64,000 nt of DNA from Microbacterium sp. (GCF_011620665.1 NZ_WOYQ01000006.1:4168-68167); one strand, 5' to 3'; positions 11,395 through 21,769 are shown, counted from the first letter of the stretch. The notes: a model not told the origin generated them from the sequence alone. Translations and numbers: made by a program.

Positions 11395-12261
11395 GTGGCC
11401 TGGAGTGTCGTGAGTTCGCTGCTCGGTGTGGCGATCATCGGCTACGGGCTGACGGACGTGTTCCTCACGCTCGTCCACCCGCACGCGCGCGGACGACTGA
11501 CCCGCGCGATCTTCGCGGGCGTCTGGCGCGTCACTGCACGTCTCGGAAGCCGCGCCCGGGCCGCGGCGGGCCCGATCGCCGCGATCACGGCCGTGCTCGT
11601 CTGGGCGGCGACTCAGACGGTCGGCTGGGCGTTCGTCTACCTGCCGCACGTTCCCGACGGGTTCTTCTACAGCGACGGGGTCGATCCCTCGCATTACGGG
11701 GACTTCTCCGAAGCGCTGTACTTCTCACTCGTCTCCCTCTCGACGCTCGGGTTCGGCGACGTCGTCCCCACCGACCCGGTGATCCGGGTGCTCTCGCCGC
11801 TGCAGGCGGTGACAGGGTTCGCCCTGCTCACCTGCGCGGCGACCTGGTTGCTGCAGGTCTTCCCGACGCTCGCGCGCCGACGCTCGGCTGCGCTCTCGCT
11901 CACCTTCCTGGGCAGCGTGACCTACGCCGAGCGGATCAAAGAAATGGATGCCGGCGCGGCAGCGTCGGTGATCCTCGGTGTCGCGCAGCAGATGGCGGTC
12001 GTGCGGGTCGACCTCAGCCAGAATCCCGAGTCGTATTACTTCCGCGAGGGGGAGGCGCCGACCTCGCTCGGTCACGCGCTGCCCATCGCTGAGGCGCTGG
12101 CGAACGCGGCATCCGGCTCCTCTCACGTGGAGTTGCAGACCGCGGCGGCAGTGCTCGATCACGCGCTCGAAGATCTCGGGGCATGCCTTCGAGACAACTT
12201 CGGTGCGCAGGGTGAGTCGCGGTCCGAACTGATCGACTCGTTCGCCCGCGATCACTCGTGA
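11395..12261 (+). CDS. Potassium channel family protein (2-TM pore domain)
   Basis: Pore helix and filter ALYFSLVSLSTLGFGDVVP; TAGCGT 6 nt before GTG. Confidence 0.85.
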   Translation: MAWSVVSSLLGVAIIGYGLTDVFLTLVHPHARGRLTRAIFAGVWRVTARLGSRARAAAGPIAAITAVLVWAATQTVGWAFVYLPHVPDGFFYSDGVDPSHYGDFSEALYFSLVSLSTLGFGDVVPTDPVIRVLSPLQAVTGFALLTCAATWLLQVFPTLARRRSAALSLTFLGSVTYAERIKEMDAGAAASVILGVAQQMAVVRVDLSQNPESYYFREGEAPTSLGHALPIAEALANAASGSSHVELQTAAAVLDHALEDLGACLRDNFGAQGESRSELIDSFARDHS

Positions 12262-12436
12262 CAAGAGTCCGGCGGAGAACGGCTCCAGCGTGACCCGAGG
12301 ATCGCGCATTGCGGTGATTCGCGGCCGATCGCGGCCAAGATCCCCCATCCCCTCGAGACCAGGAACCTCGCAGCGGGGTCGCAGCGGGGTCGCATCGACC
12401 CGGCACCGTCGACCCGGCATCCGCTAGGATCGGAGC

Positions 12437-12510
12437 GTCGCGACTGGCGTTGAGGTGGGCCACCACCGGGGAGCGATCGACATGGCATTTTCGACCGTTC
12501 GCCTGGGTCG
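12437..12510 (+). ncRNA. ZMP/ZTP riboswitch (pfl motif)
   Basis: Conserved GCGACTGGCG...GGTGG...CCACCGGGGAGCG, linker, then CGACC-GTTCGCCTG-GGTCG P3; starts 6 nt after TAGGAT -10 (12425-12430); precedes glyA-folD. Confidence 0.9.
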
Positions 12511-12585
12511 GCCCTGGTTTGGACATACCGCCGACTGCGATCCCCGGGGATCGCCGGGCAGCGGCACTCAACCACCGGAGGACCC

Positions 12586-13860
12586 ATGACCGATTCGTAC
12601 TTCAACGCCCCGCTCTCGGAGGTCGACCCCGAGATCGCCGCGGTGCTCGAGCGCGAGCTCGATCGTCAGCGCGGCTACCTCGAGATGATCGCCTCTGAGA
12701 ACTTCGTGCCGGTCTCGGTGCTGCAGTCGCAGGGTTCGGTGCTCACCAACAAGTACGCCGAGGGATACCCCGGCCGCCGCTACTACGGCGGCTGCGAGGA
12801 AGTCGACGTCGCCGAAGAGCTCGCGATCTCCCGCGCCAAGTCGCTCTTCGGTGCGGAGTTCGCCAACGTCCAGCCGCACTCGGGTGCAACCGCCAATGCG
12901 GCGGTGCTGCACGCGATCGCTCGCCCGGGCGACACGCTCCTCGGGCTCTCGCTCGACCACGGTGGTCACCTCACCCACGGCATGAAGATCAACTTCTCCG
13001 GCCGGCTCTACAACATCGTGGCGTACGGCGTCGACCCCGAAACCTCGATCATCGACATGGAGGAGGTTGCTCGTCTCGCACGTGAGCACCGCCCCAAGGT
13101 CATCATCGCGGGCTGGTCGGCATACCCCCGGCAGCTCGACTTCGCACGGTTCCGCGAGATCGCCGATGAGGTCGGCGCCCTCCTGTGGGTCGACATGGCG
13201 CACTTCGCCGGGCTCGTGGCCGCCGGCATCCACCCCTCACCCGTGCCGCACGCGCACGTGGTCTCGTCGACCGTGCACAAGACGATCGGCGGCCCGCGCT
13301 CGGGCTTCATCCTCACGAACGACGCCGACCTCGCCAAGAAGATCAACAGCGCGGTCTTCCCCGGGCAGCAGGGTGGCCCGCTCATGCACGTGATCGCCGC
13401 GAAGGCGACCGCCTTCAAGCTCGCGGCGACGCCGGAGTTCAAAGAGCGGCAGGAGCGTGTCCTTCGTGGCGCGGCCCTGCTCGCCGATCGCCTTTCTCAA
13501 CAGGACGTGAAGGATGCCGGCATCACGGTCCGCTCCGGCGGCACCGACGTCCACCTCGTGCTCGTCGATCTCCGCGATGCCGCGATCGACGGCAAGCAGG
13601 CCGAGGATCTGCTGCACGAGATCCGCATCACGGTGAATCGCAACGCGGTGCCGAACGATCCGCGTCCGCCGATGGTGACGTCGGGCCTGCGCATCGGGAC
13701 TCCGGCGCTCGCGACCCGCGGGTTCGGCGACGCCGATTTCACCGAGGTGGCCGACATCATCGCCCTCGCGCTCCTGCCCGGCGCCGACGTCGAATCGCTC
13801 CGCGCCCGCGCGATCGCGCTGACCCAAGCCTTCCCCCTCTACCCCCACCTCCACCAGTAA
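12586..13860 (+). CDS. glyA: Serine hydroxymethyltransferase
   Basis: [32 protein letters not shown] (PLP Lys), GLRIGTPA. Confidence 0.98.
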   Translation: MTDSYFNAPLSEVDPEIAAVLERELDRQRGYLEMIASENFVPVSVLQSQGSVLTNKYAEGYPGRRYYGGCEEVDVAEELAISRAKSLFGAEFANVQPHSGATANAAVLHAIARPGDTLLGLSLDHGGHLTHGMKINFSGRLYNIVAYGVDPETSIIDMEEVARLAREHRPKVIIAGWSAYPRQLDFARFREIADEVGALLWVDMAHFAGLVAAGIHPSPVPHAHVVSSTVHKTIGGPRSGFILTNDADLAKKINSAVFPGQQGGPLMHVIAAKATAFKLAATPEFKERQERVLRGAALLADRLSQQDVKDAGITVRSGGTDVHLVLVDLRDAAIDGKQAEDLLHEIRITVNRNAVPNDPRPPMVTSGLRIGTPALATRGFGDADFTEVADIIALALLPGADVESLRARAIALTQAFPLYPHLHQ

Positions 13861-14004
13861 CCCCGCCCCGCCCCGCCCCCCCGCGAGACACCGTCCCTGC
13901 CCCGAGACACGCGTTGTGGACCGGTGTCTCGGGGCGAGACCGGGGTCTCGCGGCAGGCGAACGGGGGCGAACGGGGGGAGAGAGAGAAAGAGAGAAAGAG
14001 AGAA
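13861..14004. repeat. Composite intergenic element: C-tracts, nested inverted repeat, (AGAGAGAA)x3
   Basis: CCCCG x3 + C7 (13861-13882); CCGCGAGAC/GTCTCGCGG (13881-13889/13945-13953); GCCCCGAGACAC/GTGTCTCGGGGC (13899-13910/13924-13935); 8-mer x3 at 13981-14004. Confidence 0.8.
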
Positions 14005-14005
14005 C

Positions 14006-14893
14006 ATGACGGCGCAGATGCTCGATGGGACTGCCGCGGCGGCGGCGATCAAGGCCGAACTGACCACGCGGGTGGCGGCGCTCGCCGAGCGCGGGATCGT
14101 GCCGGGGCTCGGAACCCTGCTGGTGGGCGCGGACCCGGCATCCCGCTCATACGTCACCGGCAAGCACCGCGACTGCGCCGAGGTCGGCGTCGCCTCGATC
14201 TCGGTCGAGCTCCCCGAGACCGCGACACAGGAGGAGATCGCCGACGCGGTGCTCGCTCTCAACGCCGATCCCGCGGTCACGGGGTTCATCGTCCAGCTGC
14301 CGCTGCCGTGGGGCATCGACCAGAACACGATCCTCGAGCTGATCGATCCGGACAAGGATGCCGACGGACTGCACCCCACCAACCTCGGTCGCCTGGTGCT
14401 GGGGGTCGATCCGGCGACGGCGGTCGCGGCGCCGTTGCCGTGCACGCCGGCGGGGATCGTCGAGCTGCTCAGCCGGCACGGTGTCGAGATCGCCGGTCGG
14501 CACGTCACCGTCATCGGCCGAGGCATCACGGTCGGCCGCCCGCTGGGATTGCTGCTGACACGCAAGGGCATCGATGCGACGGTGACGCTCACGCACTCGC
14601 GCACGCCCGACCTGGCCGCCGACGTTCGCCGCGCCGACATCGTCGTGGCCGCCGTCGGTCAGCCGTACCTCGTGCAGGCGGACTGGATCAAGCCCGGCGC
14701 AGCCGTCCTCGACGTGGGGGTCACTCGGGTCGGCACGACCGAGTCGGGGGGCGCGAAGCTCGCCGGTGACGTCGACCCGGCGGTGGCCGAGGTCGCCGGC
14801 TGGCTGTCGCCCAACCCGGGCGGGGTGGGGCCGATGACTCGCGCGATGCTGGTCGCGAACGTCGTGGAGATCGCCACCCGGCTCACCCGCTGA
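14006..14893 (+). CDS. folD: Bifunctional methylene-THF dehydrogenase/cyclohydrolase
   Basis: [37 protein letters not shown]. Confidence 0.97.
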   Translation: MTAQMLDGTAAAAAIKAELTTRVAALAERGIVPGLGTLLVGADPASRSYVTGKHRDCAEVGVASISVELPETATQEEIADAVLALNADPAVTGFIVQLPLPWGIDQNTILELIDPDKDADGLHPTNLGRLVLGVDPATAVAAPLPCTPAGIVELLSRHGVEIAGRHVTVIGRGITVGRPLGLLLTRKGIDATVTLTHSRTPDLAADVRRADIVVAAVGQPYLVQADWIKPGAAVLDVGVTRVGTTESGGAKLAGDVDPAVAEVAGWLSPNPGGVGPMTRAMLVANVVEIATRLTR

Positions 14894-14917
14894 GCCCGGG
14901 ATGCCTGGGCGAGCGCC

Positions 14918-15652
14918 TCAGGCCGGCAAGCGTGCGAGGAACTCGCGCGTGCGCGCCTCTCGGGGGGAGCCGAACACCGCAGTCGGGGTCCCCTGTTCGA
15001 TGATGGTCCCCGCATCGAGGAACACGACCCGGTCGGCGATCTCACGGGCGAAGGCCATCTCGTGTGTGGCCATCAGGATCGTCGCTCCCTCTCCGGCGAG
15101 TTCACGCACGAGTGCGAGCACATCGCCGACCAGTTCCGGATCCAGCGCCGAGGTGATCTCGTCGAGCAGCAGCACTTCGGGGTCGGTGGCGATCGCGCGT
15201 GCGATCGCCACGCGTTGCTGCTGTCCGCCGGACAGGCGATCGGGATGCTCGTCGACCTTGTCGGCGAGTCCGACTCGCTCCAGGAGCGCCAGGGCCCGTG
15301 CATCGGCCTCACGCCGCGGCATCCGGTGCACGACGCGCGAGGCGAGCGTGATGTTCTGTTGCACGCTGAGGTGGGGGAACAGGTTGTATGCCTGGAAGAC
15401 GATCCCGAACCGGGCGCGGACGGCATTCTCGTCGATGCGCGGATCGGAGATGTCCTGCCCGTCGAGCAGGATCTGCCCGTCGTCGATCGGCTCGAGGAGA
15501 TTGAGGCAGCGCAGCAGGGTCGACTTGCCCGATCCGCTCGCCCCGATGAGGGCGACGACCTCGTGCTGGTTGAGCTCCAGCGACACGCCGCGCAGCACGG
15601 CGCGATCGGCGAAGGACTTCCAGAGGCCGGAGGCCTTCAGCAGCGCGCTCAC
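14918..15652 (-). CDS. Polar amino-acid ABC transporter ATPase
   Basis: GASGSGKST, LSGGQQQRVAIAR, LLLDEITSALDPE; GTG 15652 overlaps permease stop. Confidence 0.93.
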   Translation of the reverse strand: MSALLKASGLWKSFADRAVLRGVSLELNQHEVVALIGASGSGKSTLLRCLNLLEPIDDGQILLDGQDISDPRIDENAVRARFGIVFQAYNLFPHLSVQQNITLASRVVHRMPRREADARALALLERVGLADKVDEHPDRLSGGQQQRVAIARAIATDPEVLLLDEITSALDPELVGDVLALVRELAGEGATILMATHEMAFAREIADRVVFLDAGTIIEQGTPTAVFGSPREARTREFLARLPA

Positions 15653-16509
15653 AGGAGCGAGCCTTGCTGCTCGCGCTCGCGCAGCCGCGCGGTGTACCAG
15701 TCGGTCAGCCGGATGCTCGGGATCGCCATCAGGATGAACAGGATGCCGGCCAGCACATACGGCGTGAAGTTGTAGCTCTGCGATGCCTCGATCTGAGCGG
15801 CGCGCACCGCGTCGACGGCGCCGAGGATCGAGATGAGCCCGACGTCCTTCTGCATCGAGATGAAGTCGTTCATCAACGGTGGGGTCATCTTCCGGAGAGC
15901 CTGTGGCAGCACCACTCGGCGCAGGGTCTGCAGGTGGCTGAGTCCCAGTGCGCGGGCCGCGAGTCGCTGCGACGGATGCACGGCCTCGATCCCCGCGCGG
16001 ATCACCTCGGCGACGTATGCCGAGTAGGTCAGCGTGATGGCGAGCACGCCCAGCCACAGCACGGAGATGCGGGTGTTCGTGATCGTGGGCAGCCCGAACC
16101 CGACGAGGTAGGCCACGATGATGAAGGGCAGTCCGCGGAAGATGTCGGTGTAGCCGGCCACGAGCGCCCGTGCCGGGAAGAACACCGGGCCCCGGAGCGT
16201 CCGGATGCTCGCCAGCACGAGCGCGACCAGGCCGACGGAGATGACGGACAGGCCGAGCACCTGCAGGTTGAAGAGGAACCCGTTCCACACGCGGGGGAGT
16301 GCCTGCAGTGCGACCTGCGGATCGAAGAACGCCTGCTGGACGGCAGCCCACCCGGGGGTGTCGATGACGGTGACCCAGACGATCGCGGCGAACGCGAGGG
16401 TCGAGACGATCGCGACCAGCACCGAACGCTGCTCGCGACGGCGCCGGAAGGCACGCCGATCGAGCTCGAGCGCACTCGGCTCGTACCCTGCGGACAGCTC
16501 TACACCCAC
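15649..16509 (-). CDS. Polar amino-acid ABC transporter permease
   Basis: IFRGLP, SAYVAEVIRAGI EAA loop, PQALR. Confidence 0.92.
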   Translation of the reverse strand: MGVELSAGYEPSALELDRRAFRRRREQRSVLVAIVSTLAFAAIVWVTVIDTPGWAAVQQAFFDPQVALQALPRVWNGFLFNLQVLGLSVISVGLVALVLASIRTLRGPVFFPARALVAGYTDIFRGLPFIIVAYLVGFGLPTITNTRISVLWLGVLAITLTYSAYVAEVIRAGIEAVHPSQRLAARALGLSHLQTLRRVVLPQALRKMTPPLMNDFISMQKDVGLISILGAVDAVRAAQIEASQSYNFTPYVLAGILFILMAIPSIRLTDWYTARLREREQQGSLL

Positions 16510-16537
16510 GAGACGACGTTAGCGGAGCTGTTCGGCC

Positions 16538-17398
16538 TCACTTCAACCGGGTCACGCCGTCGGTGAAGACCGACAGCCACTTCTTCTCGAGCGAGTCGAG
16601 CGTCCCGTCCTCGCGCAGCGTGTCGACGGCGGTGGTCACCGACGCCGTCAGCGGGGAGTTCTTCGCCAACAGCAGACCCCACTGATCGGGCACACCCGCG
16701 GTCGGCAGCTCGCCCACGATGAAGGAGTTCTCGATGTAGACGTTGGCCGCGACGTAGGCCGTCGGGGTGTCGAGGACGATTGCGTCGATCAGGTTGGCGC
16801 CCAGCGCGGCGACGGCGTCTTCGTTGGAGTTGTACAGCTTCGGGGCGACCGACGGCTTCACGGCTTCCGAGATCGTGGTCGCGCTGGTCGACCCGGCCAT
16901 CGCGCCGAGCTCCAGCCCCTTCAACCCTGCGATGTCGGTGACTCCGTCCGCGGCGCCGCCTTTCAGCGCCACGACCGACTGGCCCGCCTCATAGTAGGGG
17001 GAAGAGAAATCCACGGCCTGCCTGCGCTCATCGGTGATCGTGTACTGCTGGATGTTGATGTCGAAGCTCTTCGGCCCGGGTGCGATCGCCGACTCGAAGC
17101 TCGTGCGCACCCAGACGACGTCTTCCTTCGCGAATCCCAGCTGGTCGGCCACCGCGTACGCGACGGCCGACTCGAAGCCTTCACCGGTGCCGGGGTCGTC
17201 GTTGATCACGTACGGCTCATACGCGGTCTCGCCGGTGGCGAAGGTGAGTTTCCCCGCAGTGACGAAGTCGTCGGGCGCCGGGGCGCCGCCCGACTCGGAT
17301 CCCGACGGAGCTGTCGATCCGGACGCGCAGCCGGCGAGCAGGAGGGCAGCCGCCGCGGCGGTCGTGGCGAGGACGGTGCGCAGGGCAGAACGCGTCAT
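16538..17398 (-). CDS. Amino-acid ABC substrate-binding lipoprotein
   Basis: Lipobox LLAGC, YTITDERRQAVDFSSPYY. Confidence 0.92.
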   Translation of the reverse strand: MTRSALRTVLATTAAAAALLLAGCASGSTAPSGSESGGAPAPDDFVTAGKLTFATGETAYEPYVINDDPGTGEGFESAVAYAVADQLGFAKEDVVWVRTSFESAIAPGPKSFDINIQQYTITDERRQAVDFSSPYYEAGQSVVALKGGAADGVTDIAGLKGLELGAMAGSTSATTISEAVKPSVAPKLYNSNEDAVAALGANLIDAIVLDTPTAYVAANVYIENSFIVGELPTAGVPDQWGLLLAKNSPLTASVTTAVDTLREDGTLDSLEKKWLSVFTDGVTRLK

Positions 17399-17425
17399 GG
17401 GAGGTCCTTCGGGTGTGGGATACGG

Positions 17426-17457
17426 GGCCGCGCCTTCGCGGGCGAACGGGCGCGGCC
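17426..17457. terminator. Stem-loop between transglutaminase-like gene and SBP gene
   Basis: GGCCGCGCC/GGCGCGGCC stem with inner TTCG/CGAA pairing. Confidence 0.45.
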
Positions 17458-17462
17458 GGTTC

Positions 17463-18260
17463 TCAGGCGATCGAGACGAGCTGATCGATGTCGTCCACGG
17501 GAAGCCTATCGGCGACTGCCGTGATCTCGGTGGAGACGAGATCGGCGCGGCCGCTCAGGACGTTCAGGAACGCCGTGTCGGCGGCATCCCGTCCGGTCGA
17601 GATCCGCACCAGGGTCTGGCGTGGCGCGAGCGTGGTCGCGTCGACGACTCTCCACGCTTCGTCGACCCACGCTTCGGCGACGGCGTGGAAGTCCATCGGG
17701 TCGAGACCCGGTGCGTAGACGGCGACGAGGCGCGCCGGAACGCCGGAGGCCCGCAGGAGTGCGATGCACAGGTGTGCGTAGTCGCGACAGACGCCCTGGC
17801 GGTTCATCAGGGTGCGCGTCGCGCCATCGGTCGGCAGGGAGGATCCGCTCACGTAGCTCAGGTGAGTGCCGACCCATGACGACACCGCGGTGAGGAGGGA
17901 TGCCGGCTCCTCGATGCCGGCGAACTCTGCCGCTGCGGTCGGTGCGAGCGAGTCGGACTCGGCGTAGCGGCTCGGCCGCACGTAGACCAGTGGTGCCGAT
18001 TCATCGGTTTCGGGGGATGCGCCGATGCCATCGATCGTCGCGGAGTAGGTCACCACCAGTTCTCCCGGGTGCGCCACCAGGCGGTGCAGGCGGCCGCCGT
18101 GGATGTCGTCGATCTCCCGGAGCTGCACGGTGCTGCCATCGACCGTCGCGGTGAGCGTCTCGGTGGTCGGCGTGTACGCGTGACTCACGGCGATGGCGAA
18201 CACGAGGTCGGCTGTCTCGGAGACGTTCAGGACGATACGACTGGTCACGGTGCGCTGCAT
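17463..18260 (-). CDS. Transglutaminase-like cysteine protease family protein
   Basis: Triad GVCRDYAH, DFHAVAEAW, VDAT. Confidence 0.9.
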   Translation of the reverse strand: MQRTVTSRIVLNVSETADLVFAIAVSHAYTPTTETLTATVDGSTVQLREIDDIHGGRLHRLVAHPGELVVTYSATIDGIGASPETDESAPLVYVRPSRYAESDSLAPTAAAEFAGIEEPASLLTAVSSWVGTHLSYVSGSSLPTDGATRTLMNRQGVCRDYAHLCIALLRASGVPARLVAVYAPGLDPMDFHAVAEAWVDEAWRVVDATTLAPRQTLVRISTGRDAADTAFLNVLSGRADLVSTEITAVADRLPVDDIDQLVSIA

Positions 18261-18319
18261 CGTCCCAGCCTGTCACGGGTACGCCACCGGCAGATGACAG
18301 CCGCATGAAGTTCCGTGCG

Positions 18320-19615
18320 TCAGGCGAACATGCCCGCACCGACATACGATCCCGCCGGCGCTCCGGGGGGCACGGCCCACACGCCCGACCCGATGTGCTT
18401 CACGTACTCGGCCATCAGGTCGGTCGACAGAGCTCGCTGGATCGTGACGAACTGCTCGGGGGAGCGCTGGTACGCGAGGAAGAAGAGCCCGGCATCCAGG
18501 CGACCGAGGGCATTGTTGCCGTCGACGTAGTTGTACCCGCGACGCAGGATCCGGGAGCCGCCGTTGGACTTCGGGTGGGCCAAGCGCACGTGGCTGTGGG
18601 CATCGATTGCGGTGCCTCCGGTCGCGCCGGGCGCCGAGAAGTCCGGTTCGCTCGCCTCGGTGCCGCCCGACAGCGGCGCGCCGTGCGCTTTGTCTCGCCC
18701 CGTGATGCGCTCTTGCTCGGACAGACGCACGCGATCCCACGTCTCGATGAGCATGGCGATCTTCCGCGCCACGAGGTACGAGCCTCCGGCGAGCCACGCG
18801 GGCTCGTCAGACGGGCCCACCCAGACGTGCGTGTCGAGGGCCGCCGTGTCGTCGGCGAGGATGTTGGCGGTTCCGTCCTTGAACCCGAAGAGATTTCGGG
18901 GCGTGGCCTGGGCGGCCGTCGTCTTCGAGGTCTTCCCGAAGCCCAGCTGCGACCAGCGCAGCCGCGCTCGGCCGAAGGCGATCCGGCTGAGGTTGCGAAT
19001 CGCGTGCACCGCGACCTGCGGGTCGTCAGCGCAGGCCTGGATGCAGAGGTCGCCGCCCGAGAGCTGAGGATCGAGGTCGTCGCCGAGAAACGCCGGCAGC
19101 GTCCGCAGCAGTGCGGGCTGCCGGGACGCCAGCCCGTACCGATCGGCGCCGTCTGCGGCGCGGAACAGGCTCGGCCCGAAGCCGAAGGTGATGGTGAGGC
19201 CGTTCGCGGCGAGCCCGAGTGCTTCGCCCGTGTCGTCCGGCGGAGCCTGGGGAGAGCCACCCACCGCGCCGGTTGCGCTGACATCGAGCCCCTGCGTCAG
19301 CCGCGCGGCCGCGTATGACCAGTCCTGCAGAAGTTCGATCAGGTCGGCGCGGTTCGTGCGGGCCATCATGTCGAACGCCGCGAAGTGCAGGTGCTCCTGT
19401 ACGGGCGTCGTGATGCCGGCCTGGTGCTCTCCGAAGAACGCGTGGGCGGATGCCGCGTCCTCGCCCGCCCGCGCACGCCCCGTCGCCACCCCGGCCGCAG
19501 TGCCGGCGCCGGCGCCGAGCGCGAGTCCGGCGGCCCCGATGCCCGCGGCGAGCCCGAGCATCCCGCGACGGCTGAGCCCCGCGGTCGGGATCGACTCCGG
19601 TGTCTCGGCGGTCAC
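18320..19615 (-). CDS. efeB: Tat-exported Dyp-type heme peroxidase
   Basis: Tat motif LSRRGMLG, FGFKDGTAN, ILRRGYNY; downstream of efeU/efeO. Confidence 0.93.
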   Translation of the reverse strand: MTAETPESIPTAGLSRRGMLGLAAGIGAAGLALGAGAGTAAGVATGRARAGEDAASAHAFFGEHQAGITTPVQEHLHFAAFDMMARTNRADLIELLQDWSYAAARLTQGLDVSATGAVGGSPQAPPDDTGEALGLAANGLTITFGFGPSLFRAADGADRYGLASRQPALLRTLPAFLGDDLDPQLSGGDLCIQACADDPQVAVHAIRNLSRIAFGRARLRWSQLGFGKTSKTTAAQATPRNLFGFKDGTANILADDTAALDTHVWVGPSDEPAWLAGGSYLVARKIAMLIETWDRVRLSEQERITGRDKAHGAPLSGGTEASEPDFSAPGATGGTAIDAHSHVRLAHPKSNGGSRILRRGYNYVDGNNALGRLDAGLFFLAYQRSPEQFVTIQRALSTDLMAEYVKHIGSGVWAVPPGAPAGSYVGAGMFA

Positions 19616-19616
19616 G

Positions 19617-20843
19617 TCACTCCAGGATCGTGGAGGTGAGCTGCGAAAGAGGCTCCGCGAGGGCGTTGATGAGGTCGATCAGCTGACGCTTGTCGGCATC
19701 GGTGAGCTCGCGGAACCCCACGAACCCGGCACTGAGCGAACCGTGTGTGCCCAGCGCCGCGTCGAGGTCGGCGTAGCCCCGGTCGATCGCGGCGACGAGA
19801 GTCTCGCCCTCTTCGCCCTGCGCTGCAGCGAAGTCGCGGACGAGTGAGAATGCCATCTCGGAACCCTCGACGTTCGCCGCGAAGTCCCACAGGTCGGTCC
19901 CCGACCACCAGTCCTCCTCGCCCGAGATCTTGCCCGTCGCGACTTCGTCGAGCAGGGCGATCGCGCCGTTGGAGATCCCGGCGATGCCCTGGGCATCGAG
20001 CGCGTCCGTGAAGTCGTCGGAGTGGACGTAGTCGTTGAGCTCGGCGACGTCGGCGATGAGCTGATCGCCGAATGCCGCCCGCTCCGATGCGCTGGAGGGC
20101 TGCCAGTTCTGCCACGCCGGCGCGCCGTCGGAGTTGACGGCATCCTGCGCGGGCTGCCAGAGGTCCTTCTCGATGCGGTGGAATCCGGTCCAGTCCAGGC
20201 CCTCGGCCACGGCATCCACCTCCCGGAAATCGATGCGCGGGTCGAGATCGCCGAGAGACTCCGCGACGGGTTCGATGCGCTCGTAGAACGCGCGTACGTC
20301 GGGGAACTGCGCCCGTGCGGCCGCGTCGTCCCCCGACTCGTATGCCGTCACGAACGTGTCGGTGGCCGGTACGAGCTGCTCGACCTGGTCTTTCACGAAA
20401 GCCGCATAGAGGTCGACCGCCTGTTGCTTCTGCTCGGCGTTGTCACCGGTGGCGATGACCTGTGCGCCGGTGATCGAGAAGCTCGCTTTGCCGACGCCGT
20501 CGCCGACCATACCCGGCTTGCAGAGCGTGAAGTAGTCGCCGGGCTGCGCGAGGACGCTGAGGGTGCGCGAGGCGCCGGGTGCGATGTTCTCGACCTCGCC
20601 GACGATGCGCAGGCCGTCATCGGCGAGCAGATAGAACTCGGTGATCTGTGAGCTTGCGTTGCTGATCTCGAATGTCAGTGTGCCGCTGGTCGCCGTGGCC
20701 GTCGACACCTCGCACGATGTGTCGGTCGAGGTGACGGTGAGCGAGTCGGACGCGGCGAGGTCGGCCTTTGCGACGCATCCCGAGAGCGCCAGCGCCCCGA
20801 GGCCGACGACGGCGACGGCGGCGAGGGTGCGGGGACGGATCAT
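19617..20843 (-). CDS. efeO: Iron uptake lipoprotein (cupredoxin + M75/imelysin-like)
   Basis: Lipobox LSGC, EVENIAPG, YERIEPVAE, GFHRIEKDLW; AAGGAG RBS before ATG 20843. Confidence 0.92.
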   Translation of the reverse strand: MIRPRTLAAVAVVGLGALALSGCVAKADLAASDSLTVTSTDTSCEVSTATATSGTLTFEISNASSQITEFYLLADDGLRIVGEVENIAPGASRTLSVLAQPGDYFTLCKPGMVGDGVGKASFSITGAQVIATGDNAEQKQQAVDLYAAFVKDQVEQLVPATDTFVTAYESGDDAAARAQFPDVRAFYERIEPVAESLGDLDPRIDFREVDAVAEGLDWTGFHRIEKDLWQPAQDAVNSDGAPAWQNWQPSSASERAAFGDQLIADVAELNDYVHSDDFTDALDAQGIAGISNGAIALLDEVATGKISGEEDWWSGTDLWDFAANVEGSEMAFSLVRDFAAAQGEEGETLVAAIDRGYADLDAALGTHGSLSAGFVGFRELTDADKRQLIDLINALAEPLSQLTSTILE

Positions 20844-21769
20844 GATGCTCCTTGAGCTGAGGGGACCGATGCGGCCGCCATGGCGGGGGTGGCGCTGCGG
20901 CGCGGAAAGGCCCCTCGGGCGAAGAACGCGCCGACGACGATGATGTAGAGCGCCCACGTGATCACCTGGAGCCACGACATCTGCGGCATGAACCCGACCG
21001 TGGCCTGAAGCACGACGGCGAGCGGTCCGCCGGGCGGGATCGTGGCGCTCAGGTCGAACGCCCACCCGAACGGGAACCCGGCTGCGCCGATCGCGACGGC
21101 GCCGGTGGCCGGATCGAGCGGGGCAGCGGCGGTGAAGGGCCCGGGGAGCGCGCCCGCTTCCTGGAGGTCATGGACGGCGTAGGCGAGAACACCCGCCGCG
21201 ACGATCACGAGGAAGGCCCCCGTCCAGGTGAAGAAGCGACGCAGGTCGAGATTCAGCATGCCGCGTGCGAGGAGCCACCCCAGCAGAGCGGCCGTCGACA
21301 GCCCGATGAGGGCGCCGAGGAGGGCGGCGGGGGCATCGCCGAAGGACTGCACCATGGACCAGAGCAGGAGCGTGGTCTCGAGGCCCTCTCGGGCCACCGA
21401 TACGAAGCCGATCACGACGATCGCCCATAGGCCGCCCTCAGCGAGCGCCCGGGCCAGCCCGCCCTCGAGCGATTTCTTCAACGTCCGGGCGGTCTTCTGC
21501 ATCCAGAAGATCATCCAGGTCACCATCGCGACCGCGACGAGCGACAAGAGGCCGCCGACCAGTTCTTGGGCCTGGAAGGTGAGTCCGTACGCGCCGAAAG
21601 TCAGGACGGCGCCGATCACGAGCGAGAGCACGGCGGCCGAACCGACGCCCATCCACATGCGGGGGAGGACGTCGCGGCGATCGATGCGCGTGAGGTAGGC
21701 CACGAGGATGCCGATGACAAGGGCGGCTTCGAGGCCCTCGCGGAGGCCGATCAGGATGGTGGCGAGCAC
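20840..21769 (-). CDS. efeU: FTR1-family iron permease
   Basis: Two RExxE motifs (LREGLEAA, AREGLETT); GGAGG upstream. Confidence 0.92.
   Translation of the reverse strand: MLATILIGLREGLEAALVIGILVAYLTRIDRRDVLPRMWMGVGSAAVLSLVIGAVLTFGAYGLTFQAQELVGGLLSLVAVAMVTWMIFWMQKTARTLKKSLEGGLARALAEGGLWAIVVIGFVSVAREGLETTLLLWSMVQSFGDAPAALLGALIGLSTAALLGWLLARGMLNLDLRRFFTWTGAFLVIVAAGVLAYAVHDLQEAGALPGPFTAAAPLDPATGAVAIGAAGFPFGWAFDLSATIPPGGPLAVVLQATVGFMPQMSWLQVITWALYIIVVGAFFARGAFPRRSATPAMAAASVPSAQGAS

Noticed and set aside
12370-12423. Short tandem repeats GCAGCGGGGTC x2 and TCGACCCGGCA x2 upstream of the ZTP promoter
   Set aside because: Only two copies each in very GC-rich DNA; likely local slippage with no functional evidence.
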